From Anthoceros angustus (lineage: Eukaryota > Plantae > Anthocerotophyta): a stretch of 64,000 nucleotides of DNA. Positions 1 to 10,539 of the stretch are shown here, piece after piece (the stretch's first letter is position 1; each line of letters starts with the position of its first letter). Location: the NCBI GenBank assembly GCA_010909165.1, contig MU008180.1, positions 61,884-125,883 on the forward strand. The letters are read 5' to 3'. The notes below the pieces were generated by a model, which saw nothing but the letters and a program-made list of their open reading frames with translations, did not search any database and was not told the DNA's origin. Made by a program: the position numbers and the translations under genes.

Positions 1-1213
1 TTAGTTCCTCATACCTTTTGTGACCAATGCAATAAACTCTTCTAAATGCCCGTAAACAACACTTGATCGCTGTGCCCATGACATGAGGAACAACCACGCT
101 TTACGCGCATTACCTCGTTGGACATGCATCGTGGTTTCGAAATGTCTCCGTTCTTGCCTTCCCATGCGGAGGAAGCGATAACGTTGCTCGAAATTTTTCC
201 TTCGTTAACTGTGCAGACACATGTCATTGCAACATGGTTTCAAACTCGCGATAAGCGCCCCATCACTTTTCCTCAATGGCACACGACCTCCGGCGTCGGG
301 ACAAACCGAATCCGCAATGCTTCTAGGCGCAGCGTTTACTCGGGTTTCGCATGAAACGAGCGTTAGCCAAGCTTCTCGCACAAGGAATATGGGAGGTGTC
401 ATGCTCTTCTTCTATAGCATATCCCGGTCTCCGTGGGCGTGATATGACTCCATCATTTGCATTGAACAATCGCGTCTAGCAAAGGAGACCTGGCGGATGA
501 CATCCGCTCCTCTTGTCTTCCGCTTCTTTTTGCGTGCGAAGGGCTTCCTTCCATGGCGTACAAATTAAGATTGCGAGGTATGCGGAAAACGGTCGTGGAA
601 GAGCGGTGATGGTGGTGGCCGACGACATGGGTCAATGGTGGTGTCGCACATTCGCGGGCATCCACTCGTGACACAAACGCCCAAACAATCAAACATTCAT
701 TTAGGAATGCCATTCCCTTGGCCTCTTACCGTCAATGCGACGGCTGAGTCAATGTTGAGAGCACAAGAGGTCGTCGAGAAAACTCCCCATTGGTTCACTC
801 GGGCATGGGCTGGTCCGCCGTTGTTCAACATGTCCTCATACATATCGTCCCGCGTCGAACTCGGAGATACCGAGATTGGTCTTCGCCTTCTTCGCAGCGG
901 GGGAAAGGAGGTCACCGAAGTGAAAACAAAAGCGGAGAGGCGTGGACTTTGCAAAGTCTCAACACCTACTTCATCGTCGGAGTATGTATGCATGCTCCAT
1001 TCCGCCGGTGAGGGACTCGGAAAGCCGCGGTGGCGGTCGCTTCTCCACTTCATCCTCCGTCCCTCACGCGTAGTTCAAGGGAGAGGTTAATCGAGGTCGC
1101 CTACTTATGCACCGGGCGGCAAGGCGATGGTACGGCCGCCCATTGAATGCATTCGCCGCCTCACGGCCGCCAAATCTAAAGGATATCACATGGCATACTA
1201 ATACAAACCGTTA

Positions 1214-1281
1214 GACACGTGGCTTGATTGTGCCCTAAGTACACGGATTAATGGTACAATACGCACATGGGAAACCCTAAA
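1214..1281 (+). promoter_or_regulatory. G-box/ABRE-like (GACACGTGGC, 1214-1223) and telo-box (AAACCCTAA, 1272-1280) motifs
   Basis: Exact motif matches in a less GC-rich stretch between a degenerate minus-strand region and the plus-strand ParB/MTase region. Function untested. Confidence 0.25.
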
Positions 1282-1444
1282 CTATTCGAGTCAAGGTGTA
1301 CATATTGATCCGAGATCGAACGCCGTTCACCGTTCATGAGTTTACGTCCTATCCGCCTGGTTGGAGCGTGTTTTCGCTGTTGCGCTTCCTCCCCACATCC
1401 GGCAGTGAATTCCGAAGGCGCTTTCCTTCATCCTTTGCACGCGA

Positions 1445-2140
1445 AGAAGAGGTTCGCGATTATCCACCTTCACGCTATTCCATTTCTGCCTCTGTTGATT
1501 GACCTCAGCTGTGTATTGTGGTTTCTGGCAGAGGAGGCAATGGCGATGGGAAGGCGAAGCAAGAAAGGCGGTGAGCGATGGCACGATGCGATCCGCCTGC
1601 GAAACCAAGAAAGGAAGCGAGCGGCAGCTCGGGAGGAGCCGAGGACCACGGCAGGATTGCCGCTCCCAATTCCGCTCTGCGGTTGCGCCGCCCAAAATCG
1701 GAGGTCCGGTGGTCGGTCATGGCGGCGGGCGCTCTGTGAGCCACACGTGCGGGAAGCACGACAAGAGGAGATGGCGGAGGTGAGCGGGTTACGCAGAAGA
1801 GGTTCGCGATTATCCACCTTCACGCTATTCCATTTACGCCTTGGATCGGTATGTATTGTGGTTTGTGGCAATGGCGATGGGAAGGCGAAGCAAGAAAGGC
1901 GGTGAGCGATGGCACGATCGATCCGCTGTGCAAACCAAGGAAGCGAGGAAAGCGGCAGCTCAAGCCGGGAGGAGCCGAGTCGACCAGCGATTGCCGCTCC
2001 CAATTCCGCTCTGCGGTTGCGCCGCCCCAATCGGAGGTCCGGTGGTCGGTCATGGCGGCGGCACGCGCGCGCTCTGAGCCCACGTGCAGGAAGGCAAGCA
2101 CGACAAGAGGAGATGGCGGAGGTGAGCGGTTCGGCGAAGA
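1445..2140. repeat. Two-copy tandem repeat, ~350-bp unit
   Basis: AGAAGAGGTTCGCGATTATCCACCTTCACGCTATTCC starts at 1445 and again at 1795; the units align throughout with scattered indels. Confidence 0.9.
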
Positions 2141-3378
2141 AGTCATGCTGCTCCTATCCAATCTCCTTACTATGAAGATACAATGCACATCAAGCGTATT
2201 TGCGCTTGACCAATTGAGGTTAGGAGAAGGATTGGATCTTTGGTGCGGGAGGAAGAATCGGAAAACGATGGCACCATGGGCCCCGCTATACAAATGGGTT
2301 ATGGGGTATAAGCATGCCATGCCGAATCAAAGAGCAGGCCAGTGGGTTATTTGGGCAACCTTGGATATGTCAAGAGGAGAGCTCAAGGCCACATCGTGTG
2401 TGTGAGGCCGAGCGAGTTCGATACATTGCCAGGAGGTGGACATGTATAAGATGTTCACGTGAGCTTCAATGGTCTTGTTATAAAAATGTGAGCCATCTTT
2501 GGTTCAAGTGTTTGAGATTGCGACGAGCGGGCGGTAAGGATTCGGACTTTAATGCGGTGTTTATCTTCATCGAGCAATGTTCACGCATAACTTTTGTTTT
2601 CTAATCTTACATTACATTTCCCGGGCTGCCCAAGTAGGAAGAGCTTTCATTAGATTACGTGTGCGGAGATCACCACGATGCATCTTTGGAGCACGGAGGG
2701 TTATGACCGTAAGGCAGACCTTTGCTCACGACCAAGATGTTGAGGATGACCCACCCGGCCATGAAGGGAGTGAATTGGGTCGAAGATGAGGATGATGGGC
2801 GATTCCGGATGTTCTTGGTCATTCGGATGATGAGTTGGAAGAGTCCGATGCAGGAGAGCAAGATCACGGACATATTGTTTGACTACGATATGCAGGCGGT
2901 CCATGGAGGTCCCACGGCCGGTATGATCCGCATCGGGAGGCGCCGGCCGGCGCCCTCCAGCGAGAGGTGCCGGGACACGGTCAGAATCCGCTGGTTTGTC
3001 GATTCCGAATGCATCGATTGGGTTGGGGGCGTAGGCCGCCAGCCAAGCGGTGAGGCTGCCCCTACGGCTGTGGCGAGGATGAGGGCGGGCGCCGGCCGGC
3101 GCCCTCCGGCAGCGATTGTCTTGAGGAGTCGAGTCCACGGATCGGTGGGGTCATTCGAGACGGTGGTGAAACAGAGACGGGGAAGAGGAGGAAGAGGCGG
3201 AAGGCGCCTTGGCGATGGAGGTGCTCTTGAAATCCGGACGTTCATGTCGCGGACGAGGAGGCGGAAAGGCGCTATCGGGCGAGGACCCGGCCCGGCACGC
3301 GGGAATCTACTTACGCCAGAAGGTGGTGCAGGCAGTTCTCGTGAATTGGAGAATTTCGTCTGCGTCGCACACACGGCT

Positions 3379-3584
3379 CAAATAAGAAGGGTGGGCGAAG
3401 CATGGACAAACTATTTGGCAGGTGATCTCGAAGGCGAATTGAAGAGGGGTTTTACCCTGCATGCATGATAGATCCGACGGATGCTGATCTCGCCACTCTG
3501 GGTGAAGAAATTGGGCAAAGACATATGTCATGGGTGTCTGGTGGGAACCACACATATGCGACCATAGGCATTTAGCGAGATCTC
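3379..3584 (+). pseudogene. 5' part of a ParB/DndB-like domain, truncated by solo-LTR insertion
   Basis: Reads QIRRVGEAWTNYL..., then after a frameshift ...WVSGGNHTYA (3531-3560). It continues after the LTR as EAHV(Y)CGL..ES....HHN....KMSFIEQV. Confidence 0.55.
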
Positions 3585-4999
3585 TGTTAGGCGCGACTTT
3601 CGTGATGGCCAAGTAGCGCACAATCCGTGTCGTTGTAGGAAGAAGTCCGTTCCCAAGGAATGATAGGCTCCGTTTGCAGCGTTTGGTGATTCTTACCTCA
3701 CTGCGCCCGTTTTCGCACATCGCCTACTCTACTACTTAGCGTTCACCGTCTGGGCCGGTATGGCCAAGCGTTTAGGGACCGTTCGCGTCCGTATCGTTCA
3801 CATTCGTCACTCACACTTCGTCCTTTCCTCTCTCCACTCACGCTACACTCATCGGTCTTAGGGAAAAGGCGCGGGTTACGGCCGGACCTCCTCCGTCGTT
3901 CGCGGGCCTCTCGTCCGGGCTCTGCCGCCCTCCGGAGTTCCTCCGGCTCACGTTCGATCCGTTCGGTCTTTGGGTCGCGGCTCGACGGGTCACGATCACC
4001 CTTCCTGCACACCACAACACGTTAGGTCGTCACGGGACCACAGTCAATCTCCCGGGTGCCGTGCACCTTTCGGTGACTCGGGACTCACGTTAGCAGAAGA
4101 CACACAAAGGTGCAGAGCAGCATCAACACCAAGAAGATGATTTATTGAGCGGCCTTAGCCCTCTTATACTACGCGAAGGTCGGCGCCTTTATTACACCTC
4201 TATTACGGTGAGGGCCATTGTGCCTAACCGCCTACTACCTCCCTATTCTATCGCCCGTGGTGGTGGGGTGGGATAGCCCCTGATTCCTTCTTGGCACGGC
4301 GGTAAGCGAGCCACAGCCATTGCAGGCGCAATCGGATGATCGCGGAGACCCTTCCTCTTCAGTGCATGCGCCACGTGGCGGCGACAAGCGATCACCACTA
4401 AGTCTTCCTCGTCCTCCCTCTTCTCTCTGGCGGGCCCTGCGCGATGGGCCCTCAAGTGGATCTGCTTGGGTGGTGGTGGCTCTCCCCACTCCCGAGTTTG
4501 GACCTCGGGACCCTGTCTCGACTCGGTCCAGGACCTCTAGGTCAGGTCTTCTGGGGTCCGGACCTCGGGATCCGGCCTTTCCTCAGTCGGACCTCGGGGT
4601 CCGGATCGTCACTAAGTCACGGATCCTAAGTCGGACTTCCTTGAGGCGGACCTCGGGATCGGCCTTTCCTCAGTCCGGACAAAGTCAGGACCTCGACTCT
4701 GGGCATGCCTCCTCACGGGCTGGTCACGGGTTCATCTGAGCCCTCCCTTGGTTCCCGAATGCCCGGTTGCACCTTTCCCTTCCTCTCCAAGATCCTCCCT
4801 CTTCCTTCCATGCGAGGTGCAGTGCTTACCTCCGGTGTAGCGACCCTTCCTCCTCCCGGCTCCTCCCGCTGCTCTCCCTCGCGCTGCTGCCGTCATCAAA
4901 CAGCGCTCCTAGGACTCCAGCTGTCTTGTCCCGGGTCCGTCCTCTCTCGCTCCTCCTTCCATCCTTTGAGTCCTCCTCACCTGGGGTGGCGCGGGACCT

Positions 5000-7746
5000 C
5001 GAGCCTTGAGGAGCTCTGCGTGGTAAGGCGAAGTCGGAATCGACTTCTGAATCGCCTCCTCTACATGAGCCGGGCACCGTACTCCCTCCTCGAGGTGCTC
5101 GGCAGGCGGCCTGGCAGCCCGTCTCCGTGGCCAAGCTTACGGTATGTAGGCGGGCGGACTCCCTTGAGGCCGTCAAGGCTGCCTCAGATTACCTCTTGCA
5201 ACCTTGGCTCGGCGTTCTCCTCCTCCGTCGTTGTTCCTCGCCGATTTGCGGGCCATGGGTGAGCTCCTTCTTCACCTGGCCGGACGAGCAAGCTGTTGCC
5301 TCCTCCGTGCTTTCTTCCCTCGTCTATTCTTTCCGGTCGCCACTTCCTTCTCCAGGCGGGCGGTATCCCGTCACTCACGGCTTCCTCCATCCTGCGCAAC
5401 CTTGCGGCGTCGAACTCCTTGCCGTCGCCTATTCTCCTCCGTCTTCAAGCGGGCTGGGCGTTCTACCTCTCGCTCGAAGTCTTGGATTCTCTCGTTGAGA
5501 ACCCCTGCTTTCCGATGCATCTTGGGTTGCAACTCCAAGGTGTCCTTCATCCTCCGGCTCCTGCCGCCCGCCCTTCTACCTCCTGTGCACCACAGGTCCC
5601 CAATCTCCCGGGTGCTGGCCTCCGATGCCTCCTCACGGCTCGGCCGTGCTTGCTCACTTGCTGCTCGGCCTTGAGTTGGCGCGGCTCTCTCGGCCTCCCC
5701 TCCACGGTTCGATCACGCCGGTAGTGATCGCGATCGGCCTGCCGAGGCCTTCCTTGGCCACCTTCACAGGCTTCTCGGCTTGGCTCTGGTCGTCGCCTCC
5801 GCGGGTCCGAGCTTTACGCTTGCTCGGGCCTCTTGCCTCCTTCTGCTTCCTCTCGCCTCCTTCCATGCGAGGTCCTCGGCGCTTGGGCCTCCCCAGGCCG
5901 CTTTGTTCCTCCGGTGAAGGAATTTAGTCGGTCCTCATGAATGGACCGACTTCCTCTCGCCGTTTCCTTCCTCAATCCGGCGAGGTTTCCGCCTCCTTCA
6001 CTGCCTGGGCTCGCTTTCAGCTGGCTCACCATCCCCGGTGGCCTCCACTTCACAGGTTTCTCTGCGGTCCCACGGAGTCCCAGGCATTCCGTCCATGGCG
6101 GTAGCAAGCACTGGCCGTGTTTCTTCCGGCTGCCTCAGTGAGACCCTAAAAGTCCGTAGTGGGCGGGCATCTCACGGTCCGTCAAGGACCTCCATACCTG
6201 ATCGGAGCAAGTCGGGGGTTCTCGGACAATCGGGACCCTTAGGTCACGAGTGGTGTGGAGCTTCCCCTCCTTGGCCCTTTTGGCGCGAGCTCCTTCTCGC
6301 CCTCTTTCTCCACAGGGCTCGGCGGAGGTGATGGAGTCGGGAGCACGCCCTTTGCCCCTTCATCGGCGGCGGCTCTGGATCTGGTGCGGTGTCCTCCTCA
6401 CGGCTTCCTCCGCCTCCTTCTGCTTCCTCGCTTCTTGCCACTCGTCGGCGGGGAAGAATCTTGGCCAGGGGTGCAGCGTTGGTGGCGTGGTCTTGCGTCT
6501 CTTGGCTCTCTCACAGTCGGTGGGTTCTCGGACAATCGGGACCCTTAGGTCACGAGTCTTGAGGAGCTTCCCCTCCTTGGCCCCGCGCGAGCTCCTTCTC
6601 GCCCTTTTCCTCCACGGGGCTCGGCGGAGGTGATGGAGTCGGGAGCACGCCCTTTGCCCCTTCATCGGCGGCGGGGCCGGCTCTGGATCGGCTGCTGCGG
6701 TGTCCTCCACTCCAGGCGTCCCTTTGCCCTCCTTCTGCTTCCTCACTTCTTGCCACTCCGTCGGCGGGGAAGTCTTGGCACGGCCCAGGGGTGCAGCGTT
6801 ATGGGTGGTCTTGCGTCTCTTGGCTCTCTCTGGTCGGGCTCCTCGGTAGGAGTGATGGCGGTGGCGGGCTGCTGGGGTCGGGGCAGCTTCTGTGGTACTG
6901 GTTGGGGCACGGAAGGAGGAGGCGGGGAATTTCTTCCCATACTTCCACAGGTGGTGAGGGGTCCGTTCAGACGTATGGAGTCAGGAATCCTCGATCGTCC
7001 TCCTCCAGTCCGTTTGGTTTTCGGGCCTCCTCCCTCGGCGCCCTTGCCCGCTCCACTTCCGGCAGGGCCTCCAGTCCTTTCCGGAGCGCTCGCTCAAGCT
7101 CTCCTTCCTTGAGGAGCTCGAAATGCCCCCATACATGGATCAGGTATGGGGACAGCCCAGATGGCGAAGGCTTCTCGGTCCTGAGCTTGCGAGCCTCCTG
7201 GCTAAACCGGGCGAAGATAATCCTTCCCCAGTCCGCCCTCTTCCCCCGCTGCAGCGCGTGCAGGAATACCAACAGATTATCACCAAGGTGATCCACCTTG
7301 GTGAGTAGGTTCCAGTGGACAATGATCCGGGCCACCGCCCTTACTCGACTGTCCAACAGGTCGGATATCAGCCAACCGTTGGTGGTCCGTTGCGTCGAGC
7401 CTTAGCTGTTCATGGCTGGCCCTATCTTCCCCGCCTTGAGGGGCTCGGCACCACCCCTCTTCCTCCTTGGGGCGGTTGTAGGCCGCCTCGGGACCTCAAG
7501 GTCCATCGCCTTGGGTCCTCCGGAGGTTCTTGGACCGCACCTCTTATTGACCGCCCTTGACATCTTCGGGCGAACTCCCGGACGGTGACTGTCAAATGTC
7601 GGACCATGGAACACATCCAAATGCCACTCCTGCACCAATTCTCCGCTTCCTGGGCCGGGGCCCAAAGTCCGGATAGCGCCGGGTCACAATGTTGCGCTCC
7701 ACAAGGTTCCATGGCTCCCAAACTTCCGCGAGCTTTTGGGTGCCAT
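5000..7746 (-). pseudogene. LTR-embedded accessory ORF (plant retrotransposon-associated, Transposase_32-like domain plus low-complexity/coiled tail), frameshifted
   Basis: ATG at 7746 (MAPKS...). Open segment 6967-7356 reads VDHLGDNLLVFLHALQRGKRADWGRIIFARFSQEARKLRTEKPSPSGLSPYLIHVWGHFELL. The same segments occur in both LTRs of the full element. The 3' end is approximate. Confidence 0.6.
6222..6830. repeat. ~307-bp tandem duplication inside the solo LTR
   Basis: CGGACAATCGGGACCCTTAGGTCACGAGT occurs near 6222 and 6529, with aligned downstream sequence. Confidence 0.8.
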
Positions 7747-9650
7747 CGCCTTCTCCTCCTTGGTTTGCGGAGGCTGGCGCGTTGCGCCTTCTTCGCGCGT
7801 TGCTCCGACCTCAGCGGTGAGCGGCGAGCGTCAGTGTACCGCCCGAGCGGGTTGCGGGCGCGAGATCGCGTGTCTCGGTGCGGCGGCAGACCTTCTCCTG
7901 CGACCACGCCCGGGAGTGCCGGCGGCGGGCGCCTCTTCCTGTCCATGCGTGCGCATGGCACTCACGCGTACTGCGGCCTTACGCGCGCGTGCTGCGGCCC
8001 CTCGCGCGCGCGCGCGCGTGAATACTGCTATAACGGCCTCGGCAAGGTTCGGTCTGACCCGCTGCATGCCGTCCTCCACTCGGGGTCGTCACGTGGCGTC
8101 GCCTGAGTCACGGCCCAACTTCTAAGTTACTTTCACTGGCGTACTTATCACGCACGGTCACGGAGTGGGTCGGACTTATCCCGTTACCTTATGCGCCGCC
8201 ATCGTAGGTCTGAGTCGTTCCTCACTCCGGTCCGGAGTATACTCCGGTGCCGTCCAGTGCTAGCAGGTGCTTATTTCCCCTTTTAGCCTCATTTGTCCTT
8301 TACTCCTACAAAAAAACAAACCCTACCTAATTTCTAACCCCGGGAAGTCCGTAGTCCACATCTCCCACAGGAACGCTTCCTAATATGTGGAGGCACATGT
8401 ATGTGGCCTCACATGCGGAGATGAGAGTCCTCATGGCCATCACAATATTATGTCGGACAAGCGGAAGATGTCTTTTATAGAGCAAGTCGGTACCGAGGAT
8501 GAATTGTTGATTGAGCGAAGGTTCGAGATAGCGATGACTTGGAAATTCAACTTATACAAGGTTACGGGGCTTATTGAGGATGATGAGGCCCGTGACGATG
8601 TATACAAACAAAACAAGGTGGACAACAGACTCATATCTTATGCATAGCGAAGCGGGAGGGCAAAGTCCGGATAGCGCCGGGTCACAATGTTGCGCTCCAC
8701 AAGGTTCCATGGCTCCCAAACTTCCGCGAGCTTTTGGGTGCCATCGCCTTCTCCTCCCTTGGTTTGCAGCCCGGTCGGAGGCTGGCGCGTTCGCCTTCTT
8801 CGCGCGTTGCTCCAACCTCAGCGGTGAGCGGCAGGCGTCAGTGTCCACGAGATACCGCCCGAGGCGGTGCGGGCGCGAGATCGCGGTATCTCGGTGCGGC
8901 GGCCAGCCTTCTCCTGCGACCACGCCCGGGAATGCCGGGCGGGCGCCTCTTCCCCTGTAGCGCGAGATGGCTTACTCGGCCCCTCTGCTGCGCCACTGCG
9001 GCCCCTCGCGCGCGCGCGCGCGCGCGCGCGCGCGCGCGCGCGCGCGCGCGTGAATACACCCTATAATACGGCTTCTGATCGACCAGCTGCATGCCGTCCT
9101 CCACTCGGGGAGCGTCCGCGTGGCGTCGCCCTGGTCAGGCGTACTTATCACTGCACGGTCACAGGTGGGTCGGACTTATCCGTTACCTTGTCGCACCATC
9201 GTGAGGTCGTTCCTCACTCAGTCCGGAGTATACTCCCGTGCCGTCGGATGCTAAGTGCTTATTTCCCCTTTTTTAGCCTCATTTTATCCTTTACTCCTAC
9301 AAAAAAACAAACCCTACCTAATTTCTAACCCCTTGAAGTCCGTAGTCCACATCTCCCACGCTTCCTAATATGTGGAGGCACATGTATCTGTGGCCTCATG
9401 TGAGATGAGATGAGAGTCCTATGGCTAGTCACAATATTATGCCGGACAAGCGGAAGATGTCTTTTATAGAGCAAGTCGGTACTGAGGATGAATTGTTGAT
9501 TCGCGAGGGGTTCGAGATGTGATGACTTGGAAATTCAACTTATACAAGGTTCGGGCTTATTGAGGATGATGAGGCCCATGTGACGATGTATACAAACAAA
9601 ACAAGGTGGACAACAGGACTCATATCTTATGCATAGCGAGGGAGGGAGGG
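7663..9650. repeat. ~1-kb tandem duplication covering the LTR end plus ~300 bp of flank
   Basis: CAAAGT junction at 7663, 8661 and 9651. The LTR end GTAGTCCACA and the following flank occur at 8351-8660 and again at 9342-9650. Confidence 0.9.
9007..9050. repeat. (CG)22 microsatellite
   Basis: 44 bp of pure CG dinucleotide; the homologous site at 8003-8018 is (CG)8. Confidence 0.9.
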
Positions 9651-10082
9651 CAAAGTATGGGAGAATGTAGACAAGATCTTCTCAAAGTGGAAGTCGGTGA
9701 CCGCCAGAGCGTAAGAGGCACACAAGAAGGCACAAACAAGAAGGGAAAAGGGAAACGAGGGTGCTGAAGAGTCAAGAAAGTGGATGCAACGTATGTAAAG
9801 CCGAAAGACATGTTGGCGAAGCCCTGGAAGTCGTTCCAAGGTATTCCAGCGGGTGATTGTGGGCAGCGGATTCTCATATCCGCGACGGAGAAGGTTTTGG
9901 CCGGCCTTATAGATTTGAAAGGGATGGATGACGAAATTACCTTGCGAAAAAAATTCCACATCATCCAAGTTGCTATGGCCAAACACTTGGGATGCTCATC
10001 GTTCGAGGAAGTCCGGCTAGAATATCCTTATCACTCTACTGACGAAATGCTTGCGCGGTTTCAGACTCAATTCGCAGGAAAG
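9352..10082 (+). pseudogene. Continuation of the ParB-like/methyltransferase gene after the LTR
   Basis: Reads EAHV..GL...HN...DKRKMSFIEQV, then KVWENVDKIFSKWK, then ORF 9780-10082 (KPWKSFQGIP...LGCSSFEEVRLEYPYH...FAGK), ending at a possible GT donor at 10083. Confidence 0.5.
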
Positions 10083-10134
10083 GTACGGTTGTCTCAGTTG
10101 TTCTGTGTTTTTCCCTCTGCTTGGTATGCAATTG

Positions 10135-10206
10135 TGTGTGGGGAGTGGGAAGGGTAGGCGGGGAGGCGCCGCGCGCCTCCCGCCTACCCTTCCCACTTCC
10201 CACACA
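10135..10206. other. Near-perfect ~72-bp palindrome (hairpin/cruciform)
   Basis: The arm TGTGTGGGGAGTGGGAAGGGTAGGCGGGGAGGCGC pairs with GCGCCTCCCGCCTACCCTTCCCACTTCCCACACA. Confidence 0.9.
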
Positions 10207-10539
10207 TGAGTAGGCGGTCACCGCTTCTCAACCCCACTCCCTTGGGGCTGGAGAAGGGTGGCGGCGGCGGCCGGCGCCCGCTGCCAACGTGGGACCTTCG
10301 GTTCTAATGCCTTTTGTGTTCACTGGCAAAGAATCAAGGATGTGGACAACCTCACAAAATTACTGCATTCCAACATTTTATCTTCAAGTGAACAAGCTGG
10401 AAGGGGCTTGAAAATGAGCAAAGAGATTTATGGACAAAGATCCGAAGCCGGGCTTTTCGTATTCAATGTCCCCACATGTATAAATGTGTTCGATCAAGTC
10501 GAGAAACGAATGTCCCGGATATGCGGGGTTATTTGAGAG

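Larger units (their letters stand above)
3585..8360 (-). mobile_element. Solo LTR (~4.8 kb) of the same Ty3/gypsy group as the 37395-55187 element
   Basis: TG at 3585 and CA at 8359-8360. Both ends match the LTR ends at 37395/49601 and 43211/55187. Flanked by TCTC on both sides (ATCTC if one A was lost). No gag-pol. Confidence 0.9.

Noticed and set aside
2290-2480. SWIM-like CxC...C pattern (ATSCVC...CSR)
   Set aside because: Needs frameshifts to assemble and lacks the final His; an alternative frame looks equally protein-like.
4235-7300. Many 100-190-aa plus-strand ORFs in the LTR (similarly 38000-54800)
   Set aside because: GC-rich antisense or shadow frames of the LTR ORF and pol, with no motifs.
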